A stretch of 64,000 nt of DNA from Piedraia hortae CBS 480.64. Its lineage: Eukaryota. Every line of letters begins with the position of its first letter. The first letter of the stretch is position 1. The stretch covers positions 1 through 64,000 of the forward strand of contig MU006004.1 in the NCBI GenBank assembly GCA_010093745.1, written 5' to 3'. The notes under the pieces were generated by a model. That model saw nothing but the letters and a program-made list of their open reading frames with translations, did no database searches and had not been told where the DNA came from. Position numbers and translations under genes: made by a program. Positions 11,860 through 25,215 of this stretch are shown here, in pieces.

Positions 11860-14000
11860 TATCTTTTGGAAGAAGGTCCGACCGACTACATATGCCAGGC
11901 AACGACATGGACCCCTTCGCCCTTAATTCCTCTGTCCCCAACCCTTCCTATCCACCTTCTTCCTCGATATCCTCTCTTCATCATCATCCAACCTGCGTCT
12001 CTTTCCCCAGACACCCGCATTTGTCGTCTTCGGCGCGAGCGGTTTTGCGCGTCGGGAGTTGCACTTTTGCAGGCTCGTTATCGTTGCTGGAAAAGATAGC
12101 TTTGTTTTCATCCTGGAACTTCTTGGTTTTTTTAAGCTTGGGGACGCGAAGATGTGAAGACGGACGCGTCTCCTTGGTTGGCTTTACCTCAGAAGGTTCT
12201 TTTTCTTGCTCTTTTTATTCGTGACTTTCGTCGCCGATGGGTGAGGCGACTTCGTCGCGCGGTTTGGCCGATACGTTGAGTTTGAACCTGTTGACCTCCG
12301 AGGGTTTGGTGACTGCTTGCGGTATAGCAAAGCCGTAAGGTTCGAAGCCGTTTGCTGTGATTGCAAGACATGCGTTGATTGCCACGTAGTCCAGGAGAAC
12401 GAATTTGAGCTTTGCTGAGACGGTTGCAAGGGAGGTTGTGTTCTCTTTATTGTTTCTCGTAGTTGTCAAATCCAGTGTAAATCCCCTTTTTTTTCGAAAA
12501 GGGAAGTTCACCCTCGCGGTCTCTGTCCGGGCGTTTGTGCTTCTTCGATGTCTTTTTCGGTATGGGAGAGTGTTTAGCCTGTGCAGGTGATTTACCGTTG
12601 TGTGACACCGCTTTCGTCGTATATGAAGCGTCGTCTGAGTTTGTTGCAGTCACTGTCTGGCCGTGAACTTCGTCGTTGGATAGTGCAGACAGGGGCAGCT
12701 CTCTCCGTGTCATCCTCTGCGGACTCCTTTTCCGTTGTATAAGGGGCGTCGTCTAGCTTTGTCGCAACGACTTCTTCACCATGAGCTCCTTCGTCAGGTA
12801 CCACAGACAGTTCGGGGGCAGCATCCTTCGTGCCATCAGTCGTGGTCTCCTTATTTGTGGCGGGCTCAAGGGAGGTTTGTTCACGCGCTGTCTCTGCGTT
12901 TGGCAGTGACACTGTACCCTTCTTCCCACCCTCCGTAGCAGAAAGCTCACCCTCAGCCGCACCCTTGGGGGCTTCAATCCGCAATTTTTTCGAAGAGGGC
13001 AGATCTTCATGCTCATCCTCAGACTTCCGTTTCTTAGATCCCCCACCCGTCGACACAATCTTACCCTCACCCGTGCTTTCGGGGGCGGGGATCCGCTGTC
13101 TCTTCCCAAGGGGATCATCTTTCTGCTCATCCTCATACTTGCGCTTCGTAGATCCTCCACTCGTCAAAACAGGCTTATCCTCAGCTGCACAGTCGGGGCT
13201 GTCATCCGCCGTCTCTTCGAACTGTCATCATCTTTGTGCCTATCCTCATCATACTTTCGTTTCTTCGACTCTCTAATCAATATAGCCACTTTACCCTCAC
13301 CCGCTCTTTCAGGGGGTCGTTGGTCGGCTGTTCCTTGGCGGAGGAGTTGCTTGCATTTTCCTTCTTATCCTCGCCCTGTCTGTTCTACAATTCATCAGCC
13401 AACAAAGCCAGCGCCTCGTTTATAGCCATCATCTTATCGGTAGCGTCCTGCCTTTCACACCCCGGAGATAGTGTTCTTACCTTGGAGATCAGTTTATCAA
13501 GGTAGCTCTCGACACGCTTCTTGGACCACTTGGCAATGACCTTTTGCATAGCCTTTACCGTACTCTCGTGCACCACGGCATTCGTGACCTTTAACGCAGT
13601 CTGCTCTGCGTCTTCCGCGGGCTTGGCATTCGTCAGCGTGGAGTTCTCTTCTTGTGCGGTGGGATTCTCTGCTTGCGCAGCAAAGTCATATTCCTGCGCA
13701 GCCGACTCCCTTTCTCTGCCACGAGTTGCCCTCGTATCGGAGATCTCCCACGTATAAGTCGCCGATTCGGCCACCTCAGCTCCTGAACACGCGCGGGCAT
13801 GGGCTTTTCGAGCCTCGACATCTTCAACTCTCCTTCGGTGTATGTTTCTGTTCGTGAGAAGACACCGACCTTGTCTCTGGTGAAGATCGCTTCGTTGCAC
13901 AACCTAGAGGGCTTGAATGTTGCGTGAGGGCTCACCCACTTGGGCGTGGTAGTAGGTTCGGACTGGGCGAGGTTAGACTGTGTGTGGTTTTGAGTGGGGT
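11860..14000 (-). pseudogene. Degenerate low-complexity protein with repeated KRK(Y/S)EDE / GEGK units
   Basis: Fragmented ORFs 13385-13900, 12592-13167 and 12215-12511 share composition and ~35-aa repeats (GGSTKRKYEDE...KRQRI; GGSKKRKSEDE...KKLRI). Stops and frameshifts lie between them; boundaries approximate. Confidence 0.45.
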
Positions 14001-15002
14001 TAATCGAGGCTAGGAGAAGCTGTGTGCGGCTTGAAATGGGACTGGGTGAGGTGAGTATGAATAAAACAAGGATGGTTCTTTCATATCACCTATCTAAACT
14101 TTAATTTCTCGGCCCTACAATCATGATAGGGAGAGCAGTTGCTCCTTGGCGATGGCATTTCCAGGACACTCCACGTTGTAACCTCATCAGATTTTTGAGT
14201 ATAGTATCGCATTTTTCTGATATTTCTGAAGAGGCAAGAGAAACTTCTCCTGACTCTGCAGGGACAACTTTGCTCCATAAAATGCACTTGTAGGCCCATT
14301 TTTATTTGCTTGAAAAAAACAGGAGTCTGAGATAACTTCAGGTGCAGACATATAGCTCTGTTACCTGGCGATCAGCAGAGAGTGATGCTAAAAGTCTGCA
14401 ACACCTTAAAATCCAGATTCGAACGATTCAGGACAATTCAAAGTGTACGTAACCGAAGCATCAAATTTAAGAGGCTTGAGCAGAAAATAATTCAGCGAGA
14501 CGGCGGGCGCAAACTGAGCCGAATTCTGGTAAACAGCGCCTCGCATAAAAATCTTTGCACGTTTAGCGAGTTTTGCGAAGAACTGAATTCTGTTATGACA
14601 TTGATTTATACACCGTTACAGATCCAGTAACTCAAAGCTTTTGGTGCATTCGGTCTGCTCTTATCATATGAGAGATTGAATAAGTATCTATCTCAAACTA
14701 GGAAAATCGGCGCTGGTCTAAAGAAGGTCCTAAAAGACAGACATGTTCGCTGTCAAGATGTCATTCATGTGTGTTTGATCCCCTGCACGTGGAAGGTGGG
14801 GGCCATCTCGGCCGCTTCCGCGTTAGCATTAACTCAATCCCAATTCGCATCCCACGTCCCACGTTACCATCACCTCCTCCACCACTTCAGCATTCGCAAG
14901 GCGTTGCCTCCAACGCAAAGCTTTGAAGCCAACTTATCAAAGCAATCTCCCACAAACGCCGCGCTAGTGGCGCCGCTCTCTCTTAAACAAACTTTGTCAG
15001 CC

Positions 15003-16322
15003 ATGGCCGATGCCGATCGTTCTGTGTCGTGCACAAACTTGGTGTCAAAAGAATGTAGCACCCACCACGACCAGAACCATAGATAGAAGTCGAAACTTTA
15101 AGGTTTTTACCTCTATAGAGGAAGTTTTCCCTGAGACGGGTCATTGTCTCGTTCATGCTTAAGGGCATGATTCGCTGACGTTGTCCTGGCAAATGCGGTT
15201 AGACTGAGGTAGTGTGGGGGGGATTCTGAACCTCACCTGATAGAGATAGACATCTACATTTACACATGTTTCAGTAAAAGTTGAGTGAAAACTTTTGTCG
15301 TTGACATCCACTTCGCTCTAGTCCTCGGAGGCTCACCCCTCCGACACTTGGACTGCCATCTCCGCTTCTCATCTCAGGACGGAATGAAAGAACATAAGGA
15401 GAGCGATCCGTCTCACTTCCACTGCGAAAGATGTGATCTCGACTTCGAATCGTCTGAACAGCTGACGGCGCACAAACTAAAGTCAATGCATCCGTACCTT
15501 ACTTCGCTCAAAAACGGCTACCAGGATCCGCGTTGCCCACATATCATATGTGAGCTCTGCTTCATGGAATTCCATTCTTATAGCGGCCTCAAGGCCCATT
15601 GCGTGCGAATGCACAAGCCAGACCCCAATCTCGAGTGCCCAGCACGTCGCAGAGGGTGCAGACAGAAGTTTCCAAAGACGGCTGACTTAGTGGCGCATCT
15701 TGAGTGTGGTCGCTGCCCGTTTATCTCATCGAGCGATTTCATGGATAGTGTACGGACAAAGGCGATTAGCAACCTGATCACAGGATTTCCACAGCACGAC
15801 TTCGCCAGTTTGAAAAAGAACCGTTTGAGCGCCACCTCGTCAAACACCACCAAGGGACCGACGCCTGTTGCCGATGCTCACGTTCGCAAGCAAAACCAGG
15901 CGTCGGCGCAAGACGAGTTGTACAACACAATGCTCCATACGGAATGGTTCTATCCAAAGTCAATGGGCTATAACGGCCAACTGTTCTACCATCATGGCCT
16001 GTAACTTTACCGGTGTCCCCTTTGGGATTCACTGCGCTAATGCCGAAACTGAAAGGGACCTGCATCGCCATGTCGGTGAAACGCATGTAACGCGCCAGTG
16101 GCTGTGCCACAGATTTTTAGCAAGCTTTCCAAATATAACAACTTCGGTACGCCACATGGAAACCATAGTCGCGTGTGGCATGAAGGACCCAGATGAGTTC
16201 CAAAAGGTAAGCCGATCTTTGCCTTTTCCAACAGGGTACAGCTAACAAACCATTAGTTCCTATTTGACACGACGGAGAATATATTCCTTCTCGCTTATCA
16301 TAACTCAGATTTTGCCAAATGA
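15003..16322 (+). pseudogene. C2H2 zinc-finger protein interrupted by a solo LTR
   Basis: Removing 15043-15346 plus one CTTGG restores MADADRSVSCTNLDCHLRF...HK. Further fingers are CERC..H, CELC..H..H and CPARRRGC..H. Premature TAA at 16002, +1 frameshift near 16020, and a final intron near 16207-16256. Confidence 0.85.
15043..15346 (-). mobile_element. Solo LTR, family 1 (copy B), TSD CTTGG
   Basis: TGTC...GACA, 304 bp; CTTGG at 15038-15042 and 15347-15351. Confidence 0.95.
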
Positions 16323-18101
16323 AAAACCAGCATGATAATCGAATTCCATCTCCCCGTGTTTGCGTCGAAATCTATCCCCTTTTCTTACCCATTAAAACTC
16401 GATACTGATGCACGGTTTGAGAAGACAAGCTATCCTACCCCGGGATTTGGAAAACACTATGAAGAACTTTAAGATTTTTGATAATGAGTTTTAATCCACC
16501 AAAGTAGTTCCGCTATGTGTTCTCATACTGCGGTAGTTAGGTCTCCCTACGATCGACTTGAGTCGTGTGAGCGATATAGATCTTTTTCTTCCAATACTTT
16601 GGTCTCTCTCGGCCTAAACTCGGTGCTCCTTCTCCGTGTGGCCCCTAACCGAAAGTTCACAATGATACATCCCTTATTCCTCTTTAGATTGGCCAGGCCT
16701 TTGTACCATTAGCAGATAAAAAACTTTCCCGCGGCACAGTCCGTTCTGCTCGAATCTTAGGCAACATGTGCTCTTCTAACCTTAAGCGTGCAATACAACT
16801 CGGTGGGGCTCACCAAATCGCGTCAAGCCACACTTACATTTCCCGGGCGGCATCGCTCTTCTACAACCACGCACCCACTCAACACAAATGTGGCCCCGAA
16901 AAATTCAACCCAAGGAAATGAGTCCACGTATTCGATCACAGCAAATCGATTCAAAGCTTTCACGCAGAGCATGAAGCCAATAGAATCCTGCGTATATATG
17001 GCATCTGGTCGCCCCGGATCACATGTTGCCATATCATTTTCAACGCGTCGTGTATACGATACTAGCGTCATGGCACGCGCACAAAATAACACGATGCCTG
17101 CATATTTTGAGGTCTTGACTTTGCGACAACTCTGCCAGGCCATACCGGTTTCAGGAGGCTGCGGTAGAATCCGCATCAGTCGGCCCCTGTCACAGATCGG
17201 CATACACTCCACTCACTGAGTTGGCTCGCAGCCGGAGCCCTTTCCCGAAGGCTGAAGCGTATCCTTGATTTGTACGCCGAGGGCGCCTACACGCAGCAAG
17301 GGAGTTGAAGGAGGCGCCAAAGTTGTCCCACAATGATTTGGCGAGAAAAGGATTTGGTTGCCTCGCCGAGCTCTCCAGCGTCCATCTGGACTCGCCGCGG
17401 AAGTTTCTCTCGGCAAGAACCTCGACCGCTGGGTCTATGGACACCCCAATGAGTTTTCCTAGGTCAATGGAGGCAGCATGGGCCCTTGAGTGCCAATATC
17501 TGGTATATGCGCGTAGCCCATCAAGGCTACGAGAACGCACAGAAATGTCTTGCAATGTTTTGGGACACAAGTAACGCCCCTACATCGCTTCGTATGCCAA
17601 GGCTGTGCAGTCTGTCGCCGTGCGGCCGGTTTTGAAACCAGTAAGCGACCCACCACAAGGAAGCTGCTTGCACATCTCAGTTCCATGGCTTGCTTCGTCA
17701 ATCAGCAAACGAAATCAACTGCTACCTGGAACGAACATCGGATTTTCGGTCAAGCGTTGGCGGAAGGAAAACCCTTCATCGGAACTCACAGTCCAGCGCA
17801 GGAACTGTGAACGTCCCAGCGATCCATCGGGAGCGAGCTATTCAGCAATCACATGTCGCCCCGGACCATGCATCCGTAACCGTGCAGGTGTTTGAGGGGG
17901 CGCCTCTTGCTGCAAGGTATATCTGGCACGTCTTTCCGGATGGCAGGTATACATTCAGAACCAAGGCAGAATGGAGTTGACGAAGACGATTGGTGCACAC
18001 CATGGCGATCTCGGCGATTGGCAGATGCCATGCATCTCTTCCCGGACGGCAGGTAAACATTGAAAACCACGTCCGAATGGAATTGACGGCCATGCATGCT
18101 T

Positions 18102-18419
18102 CGTCAGAGAATGAACGTCGATTAGATCAAGCAAAAGGAATCGCGGAATATTTAAAGGACGATGACTTCTAAGGAATTTTTAACTCCAAAGACGAAGCTT
18201 TCCCTGGGGCGAGTTACGGTCCCGTTCATGCTGCAGTGCGTGCTCGGTGACGTGGTCTCGATGGTATGGCTAGACATAAGAGTAGTTGGAAGGATTGAAA
18301 CCCCTTATCATTGCGCAGACATACAGATATCCACTTTTTGTCATGGTCGTAAAACTTAAAATTCACTCATATCATTCATAGACGTTCCACTTTATCCATG
18401 GAAAACTTCCCCTCTGACA
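18102..18419 (-). mobile_element. Eroded family-1 LTR
   Basis: Colinear patches TTCTAAGGAATTTTTAACTC..GAAGCTTTCCCTGGGG..CCCGTTCATGCT..CCACTTTTTG, ending CCCCTCTGACA; left boundary approximate. Confidence 0.6.
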
Positions 18420-19206
18420 CGGGCCTTTGCCATAGGTTATATTATGTTCGTCTTACAAAGGATCTGAGATCCTCTTGGTTCGTACGTATGCAGAGGCCAC
18501 TATGTCAATCCCTCAGGTGTCTTAAGGGAGTGGGGTACATGACATCGAGTCTGTTGCGCCTGTAAGGTAGTTCAAGGATGATGGAAGAGGTTTCAAGGCT
18601 TGGAAATTAAACAAAGATCAAAATTTATGGATGCAGACAGCGCGGAAAGACTAGATTCTAGAGTATGAGATAATCTGCTACTTCAACATGGCCAACTGGA
18701 TGTTTAGAATTACACTGAAGCATACTGAACGTATAAGGTTTATACCTTGATGAACCTCTGGGGTCCCTCTAAAGATATAGGTAGTCAAGTAGATACTACA
18801 GATACGTGGGCTTCCACAGTTGAAACTCGAAATGACTTTCAAAGAAACAGTCTTTAGTGCGCAAACGTATTTCTCAGCAAGTATTGTTGCAGATGGTGTG
18901 CGGGCTCAGTATGTCGGACGCCGTTGTCGAAGAAAGCCCTCGTATTCCAAGAGAGCACCAGGAGGAACGTTGAATAGGGTTTTGAAGCACTGAATTAGAT
19001 CTTACATACGCTCATAGTTGACAGAGGTGCGTCAGCACTGCACGAGCATGTTTGGCAGCAATGGAACTCCATGCAGCATCTAGATCCCTAAGGACAGCAT
19101 CCGCACTTGTCTTTTTACCTCGTCCCGGTTACATCTAGTAGAAACGCGGCGAAAAGGCTAGATTTTAAACGCATCTTCAAGCCTGGAATTTGGTTTCTCC
19201 TCCGGC

Positions 19207-21033
19207 TCAGGCCATTCTTATGCCTTGGGGACGATAAATCGAGGCTGGGGATCTATGCGTTCCATTCCCGGCCCTCATGGCCTCTTCGGCATTGACTGCA
19301 CTTCCTCCTCCACCCTGGAGCTTTTTCTGCTGAAATTCCTTTTCCGAATCAGGCAATGCATATGGGTCCGAGTCGATTGACGGAGGCTGGGCTGCCACAC
19401 TTTCATCGTCTTCATGTTCCTCTTCTTCAATTTTTCGATTTTTGGACGGAGCTTTCTTCCCCCTCCTCTTTTGCTTGCCTTCGTTTTTCACTTCAACCTT
19501 GCGTTTCTTGGACGTAGTTTTCTTCCCTGCTCTTTCTGCGTCTCTTCGTCTTGAGGCTCGCCTCCTCAGTCTTACGTTTCTGGACGTTGCTTTCTTCCCG
19601 CAGGGCTATTCTTTTTCTTGTTTCTGTGTTGCGTCCTCAGCTTTTGCGTTTCTTGGATGTTGATTCCTTAACCCTTGTCTTCTGTGGCTTTTGGTTCTCT
19701 TTGGACGACATTTCCGTCCCGCTCTCATTGGGTTCCTCTTCGTCCGTATGCTCGTCTTTCTCAATCTTGCAATTCTAGACTGGTGCTTTCCTGGCCGCTC
19801 GCGTCTTCTCGCCCACATCCGGCAGGTCATCATTCTGAAATTCCTCCTCGGCCTTACGTTTCTTGGCTGATGGTTTTCTGTCTGGCGCTTTCTTGGCCGG
19901 TGCTTTCTTGGCCGGAAGTGTCTTCCTGCCTTCCTCTCATCGTCCTGAAGTTCTACTTCATCAGCCTTAGGGAGCTGCTTTTTTTTCCGCTTCCCCTACA
20001 TCTTTTTGCTCTCTTTGGACGGTAGTTTCTTCCCACCCGCCATTGACCGTTCTCCAACCATACCGTCCTCATCCTCTAGCCCGGTCAATTTTACTCTCTT
20101 CGCCCCCATCATTGGCCCCTCCTCATTCTCCCCAGTCGGCAGCCTTTTATGCCCCACCGTCGGGCTTTCTACCTCCTCACGCGCCTCCTCTTTCTCATCC
20201 TCAAATCTCACTCTATTAACCACTTCCCCCTCTGCTACCGCCTCTCTCTCCCTTTTCCTCACCTCCCTCCTCATCATCTTCCCAACCTTCTTCTCCTTCC
20301 TCTCCCTCTCAACCCTAGCCCTAGCCCTCCCCCCCCTCTGCTCTAATTCCCTGTCGCTCCTAGAAATAAACGACATCGGAATTCTCCACGGTGTGTACTT
20401 CTCTACCCTCTTAATCACCACGGACTCTGCCTCACGGTTTTGCTCAGTGCGCGGAGTGGATTGTTCTGATACGGGCGATTTGGAGGGGGTCATGGATTTT
20501 AATATGGCTTCGCCTTTGAGACCGATGAGTTCGGTTATGATGAAGTGGCGTTTTGTGCCGTAGCGCGCGGTGGAGGGGTCGAGGTATTGGATTAAAGCTG
20601 AGATCTTTTTGGGGTTGGTGAAGAAGGAGGGTGATGGGGGCATTGGTAAAGGAGTTATGGGTTCGGTGGTCATGGATTGAGCAGGAATCTGGTGAGGTGT
20701 GGCGGGATGGGTGGAATTGTCTTGGATTGGTGAGGGGGGAGCAGTCGCGGATTGAGGAGTGTTGGAATCAGCAGTGTTGGCCTGGGCAGTACTTGCCTGA
20801 GCAATATCGTGCTGGGCAATGTTATGCTTGGTAATATTGTGCTGGGTAATATCATTGTGGGCAATGTTGGGCTCTGTAGCGTTGGCCTGAATGATGCTGG
20901 CCTGGGCAGTGTTAGCATGAGTATATGCTGGCTCCGCGATTGGGGAATAAATTGCCGTAAGCTGGCCATTCAAGGGCTGGGCGATCGTAGATCGATCGGT
21001 AGGAGTGGTTGGTCGTCCGGTTTGGCTGCCCAT
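19207..21033 (-). pseudogene. Degenerate low-complexity K/E/R-rich protein with N-terminal pentapeptide repeats
   Basis: ORF from ATG 21033 to a stop at 19996 with ANTAQ/HNITK/HNIAQ/HDIAQ repeats. The same composition continues through frameshifted GKK..SKKRK repeats to ~19207. Confidence 0.45.
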
Positions 21034-21710
21034 GTTGTGCGAACGCCTGAGTATAATGGTAAGAGATTGTGAGGAGGAGAAGGGATCGATCTTAGGAGAG
21101 TGACCCGCCAACTTCACTTGAGAGAAAATACTCAGGGTAAATCAAATTCTCATTTGAACGCATGTGTCACCACATATTAGATAGCAGTACGTAAAGTTTC
21201 TGTTAGGTCAAGTCGCAGGATTCAAGCGAGACTGTCTGGCGAAATGCAAAGGCCTATAGATCTGTCACAGGCCATCAGTGGCGCACAAGGGCTACTGTAC
21301 CGAGCTCCACAATGAGGTCGAGGGATAAAAGGGTGATGGTGTGGCGGTGAGACGAACGAGAAGAGACGGGATGAACATATCTCTACCGATTTCCCTTCCC
21401 CCCCCCCCGCCCAACCTTGGAAGGACTACATTTTTATCTAGGCCGGGCTTGTCTGAACAACGGCAGGGAACAAAAGTTATCACAAAGGCATCTGGGCATG
21501 ACAAAAACACATGCATCCAGTCCAACCAGCGTCACATACTGGGTAACGCTTTGTTTGGATAAAGAACCATCTGAAGATCCTCAGCTAGTGCTTTGTTCCC
21601 TACAAGTGAGACACATTATCCCCAAAGACATCGGAAAGTGGCCCACAACATATGAATAGGCGATAGGAGTGTTCATAGAACAGGCTGTTGGATTAACATA
21701 TATACCTACT

Positions 21711-22016
21711 TGTCGGAGGGGTGAACCTCCGAGGACTATAGCGGAGTGGATGTCAACGACAAAAGTTTTCACTCAACTTTTACTGAAACATGTGTAAATG
21801 TAGATGTCTATCTCTATGAGGTGAGGTTCAAAATCCCCCCCACACTACCTCAGTCTAACCGCATTTGCCAGGACAACGTCAGCGAACCATGCCCTTAAGC
21901 ATGAACGAGACAATGACCCGTCTCAGGGAAAACTTCCTCTATAGAGGTAAAAACCCTGAGAAGTTTCGACTTCTATCTATGGTTCTGGTCATGGTGGGTG
22001 CTACATCCTTTTGACA
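21711..22016 (+). mobile_element. Solo LTR, family 1 (copy C), TSD CTACT
   Basis: TGTCGGAGG...TTTTGACA, 306 bp; CTACT at 21706-21710 and 22017-22021. Confidence 0.95.
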
Positions 22017-24099
22017 CTACTTTATCAGTCAGATGCCTGCCTTAAGTAGATAGGGTATCGGGCTGTCCAGGGTTTTTACAGCTAAAGGGAACGAACTGGT
22101 AGTGTGAGTACACTAAGACGTGAACAATTGTATAGTTATATATAGTGCATACATGAAAGCACGTTGTTCATGGTCGTCACGTGACACATCCTTCAACTTT
22201 TACTTCATGGAGGATGTTTTGCCTGGTGCATGGTTACGTCAAAGGAATTTGTCACGGTGAATGCGCTTCGTGTCAGGAAGAGAGTCTAGAGCAGTCTTGC
22301 GGTGCAAGCCTTCTCTAGACCTCAGACGGATTCCATAGTGAGGTATCACACACTGTTGAATGCGTTGCCATCCACCAATATTGAAGTGATGTGAGTAGAT
22401 CCCTCCCTTCTTACAATATCATCTTATGTGTTTGGACGCAAAGTATGCGCATGCCAAGCAAAGTCTTGGCTTGGATTTGTTTTGACTTGAAATCGGAAGA
22501 AAAGAGTTAATGACCTGAAGAGGTATCTACGGGAAAGGCATGCGTACTGGAGCAGCACTGAGGTGCAAAGAAGGCATTATCACGAGTATCTTTTGGTCTG
22601 GATCTAAGAAGACGTTTAGGCGTCCGAGTTAGATTTCAAGGCAAAAGCTTCTATGTCCTGGCGTAACCATTTAGATACTCATCTAGCCTCGTCTGCAGTG
22701 GCGGTCGGCTTATTGCAGAGTTGAAATCATGGCCACCCTCACAAAATAGTGTCCGGACTTTATCTATATTATGGCAAGAAATTACGGACGGCTATGCCAA
22801 CTTTGCGTTGCAGGCAATAATGGACATGCATGGGAACCTTCTAATCTGTTGTGCAGGTCGCCACGGAGTGATTCGCGGATGATGACCCACATCCCTGACC
22901 AGGGTTCGAGTACTCAGAAATTTTCTTGTAGCTCTAGATACGCGTGTATACTGACACACCTGTGAGGTGCCGCTGCTTATTACAACATAATCTTTTACCG
23001 CTTATGCGGAAGAAACATGATATGATCTACTCACTACGTAGCCACTCGGCCCTCAAATGTGTCGCGCAACTTGTCGACGATGTTTGTGTTCCTGCTCTTC
23101 GAGAACAGGAGGATTGCGGCGACCATGTCAGAAATCCCAAGTGGTGAGCTCTCCGTGGTCAGTAATGCTGGTGAGAGCTGGGATCTTGTCTTCTCCCCCA
23201 ACCACACCACCAAAAGCAGCAACGACGATCTCGTTGGCGGCGACAAGCCCAACACTGCTGGACCCAGGATCGTTCCATCCCCTCGCCGCGATGTCTCTGC
23301 AAGCGATTGACTCACGCTGAGCAGCGAATAGGCGAACAAAGCCGGCAGTGCTGGTTGCAAACCAGCTAACCCGCTGGCTAAATGTAACCTGGCCGGAACC
23401 AAACACATTCCGTCGCTAAAGAGAGCGTTAGCAAGGGACATATAAACGGGAAAAACATACCCAAACAGCGGCAAGGGACGCCAGGACCCAATCGACCCGC
23501 CTGCTAGGTAGTCATCTCTGAACGAAGTGCAAGAGCGGCAGATCGGTGAATGTTCTGGCCAGCTCGCCCTTAATCCGCGACGGCACTTTCGTCAGGAACC
23601 TCGAGAGTCCTTCCTGTTATGGCAAGGCTGTGTGTGCGCGGGACGACCCGCGCCGCCTAAGCGCACAGGGAATTTGATACACCGACGCGCCCTGCTAGTT
23701 ATTCATAGCTACGCTCGCTACCACGCATGAATGCACGGCGCCTCTGGATTGGTTTATAGTATCCTAGCTTTCCAGTGGATAGCAGTCTGGATTGTCCTCG
23801 TTGTTGGGACTTATTGAACCTTTTCCTCTGAGCACAGTAACACTTCCACCACTCAGGGGCTGGGGTTCAACTGCAGAATCCCGCCGGCAATGAGCGCTCC
23901 GCCAGTTGAGTTCCTTTGGAAAGAGACAGCAATTTTCACGGGGTTAAATCCCGCAGAGAGCGTCAGCCGGCCTGAATTTCATTAGCTGATGAAGACATAT
24001 TATAGGTGATTACCTACCTCCTTGGCCCGGTCTATCTCGGCGTTCTCGACTTCGGTAACTTTGTTGTCACCGCGCTGACATACAAGGTAACGCAGCGCC

Positions 24100-25215
24100 A
24101 CCGTCTGTTCCTCCAGTCTTTTAGCAACGTAGGCAACTCCTACAGTCTCGGGGGCCTGTGAACATTAAATAGTTGACTGGGTTTTGTTTCGAACAATAAG
24201 TGCTTACTTGAACCAGCTTGGCCAAAAGATTTGCATCAACGACGCCATCGTAGAGGGCCAGTTCTACCCTCTCGATGGTCATTGCAGTAGGGCCAGCTGC
24301 AGCACCCGCAGTCGAGGGAGCCGCCGCAAGACAGCCCGGTTTTTGCAGCACGGAACAAAGTTCTGGTCGATGACGGATCAGTAGCTTTGGCGTGATCTGA
24401 GTAAATCTGCTGCGTGGTGGTTTCCTGGTACGCATGGCGAAAGGCACGCTGAAATCCCGGCTTTCCGATCCTGACCACGTCGCGGCAAAGCTAGTTATTC
24501 ACCACATTAGCATGCCAGTGTTTTAGGAATTCAAAATATCCTACATCCAGTGGCTGTAGGTGGTGTGAGGAATGGATACGGAGGCACTCCGATATAATCT
24601 TGCCTTCCTCACAGTAATTCTCAAACTGGATGGGCTTGTGATTGTCGTGGCCATTCAGGGTTAGCATGCGGTACTCGCAATGCTTCCCGTCCTTGGTGTA
24701 CTGATCGAAGTGCTTGAGATACTCCAGGCCGGTGACATTGTCGGACCATCCCTTGCTCGTATTGCGTATCGGTCAGTGATGTGGAAGATTTCCAACTTGG
24801 TGTGTGTTCCTGGAATGTACAGTACCTTCCAAAAAATAGGAAAAAAACGTACGGCGGAATATCGTGTCCATTGCCACTAAAGTAGTAGATGTCTGCGGCC
24901 CACGTTCTTTGGCCCGGCGGGATGACCTTGTGTGAGTCTGTATGCTCACTTCGGGTGTAGACAATGTTTGGCAAAATGGCACTCATCAGGAATCCCGACT
25001 CATCAAAGTTATAGAGGCCGGCGTCTTGGATATTATACTTGGCCCTCATGTTATTGATGAGGTCAAACCATCTACTGATGGCGACATGGTCCTCACATAG
25101 GGCCCTTTTGTAGTCATATGACCTTGATCGGACTGCACACTCAGGCCTTCGGGCTGCCAGCTTGCGAACACATATGTTTTCCAACCAATGGGGCACCACG
25201 CGCGTGTAGTAGATG
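24100..25215 (-). mobile_element. pogo/Fot1-type (Tc1/mariner) DDE transposase relic
   Basis: YDYKRALCED, YNFDESGF, PGQRTW, then after a frameshift GWSDNVTGLEYLKHF, YRMLTLNGHDNH, HSSHHLQPLDVG. Stops and frameshifts present; boundaries approximate. Confidence 0.85.

Noticed and set aside
15285..15346. Recurring small ORF MKTFVVDIH… (also 21772 and 48131) as a gene family
   Set aside because: It is simply translation of the shared LTR sequence.
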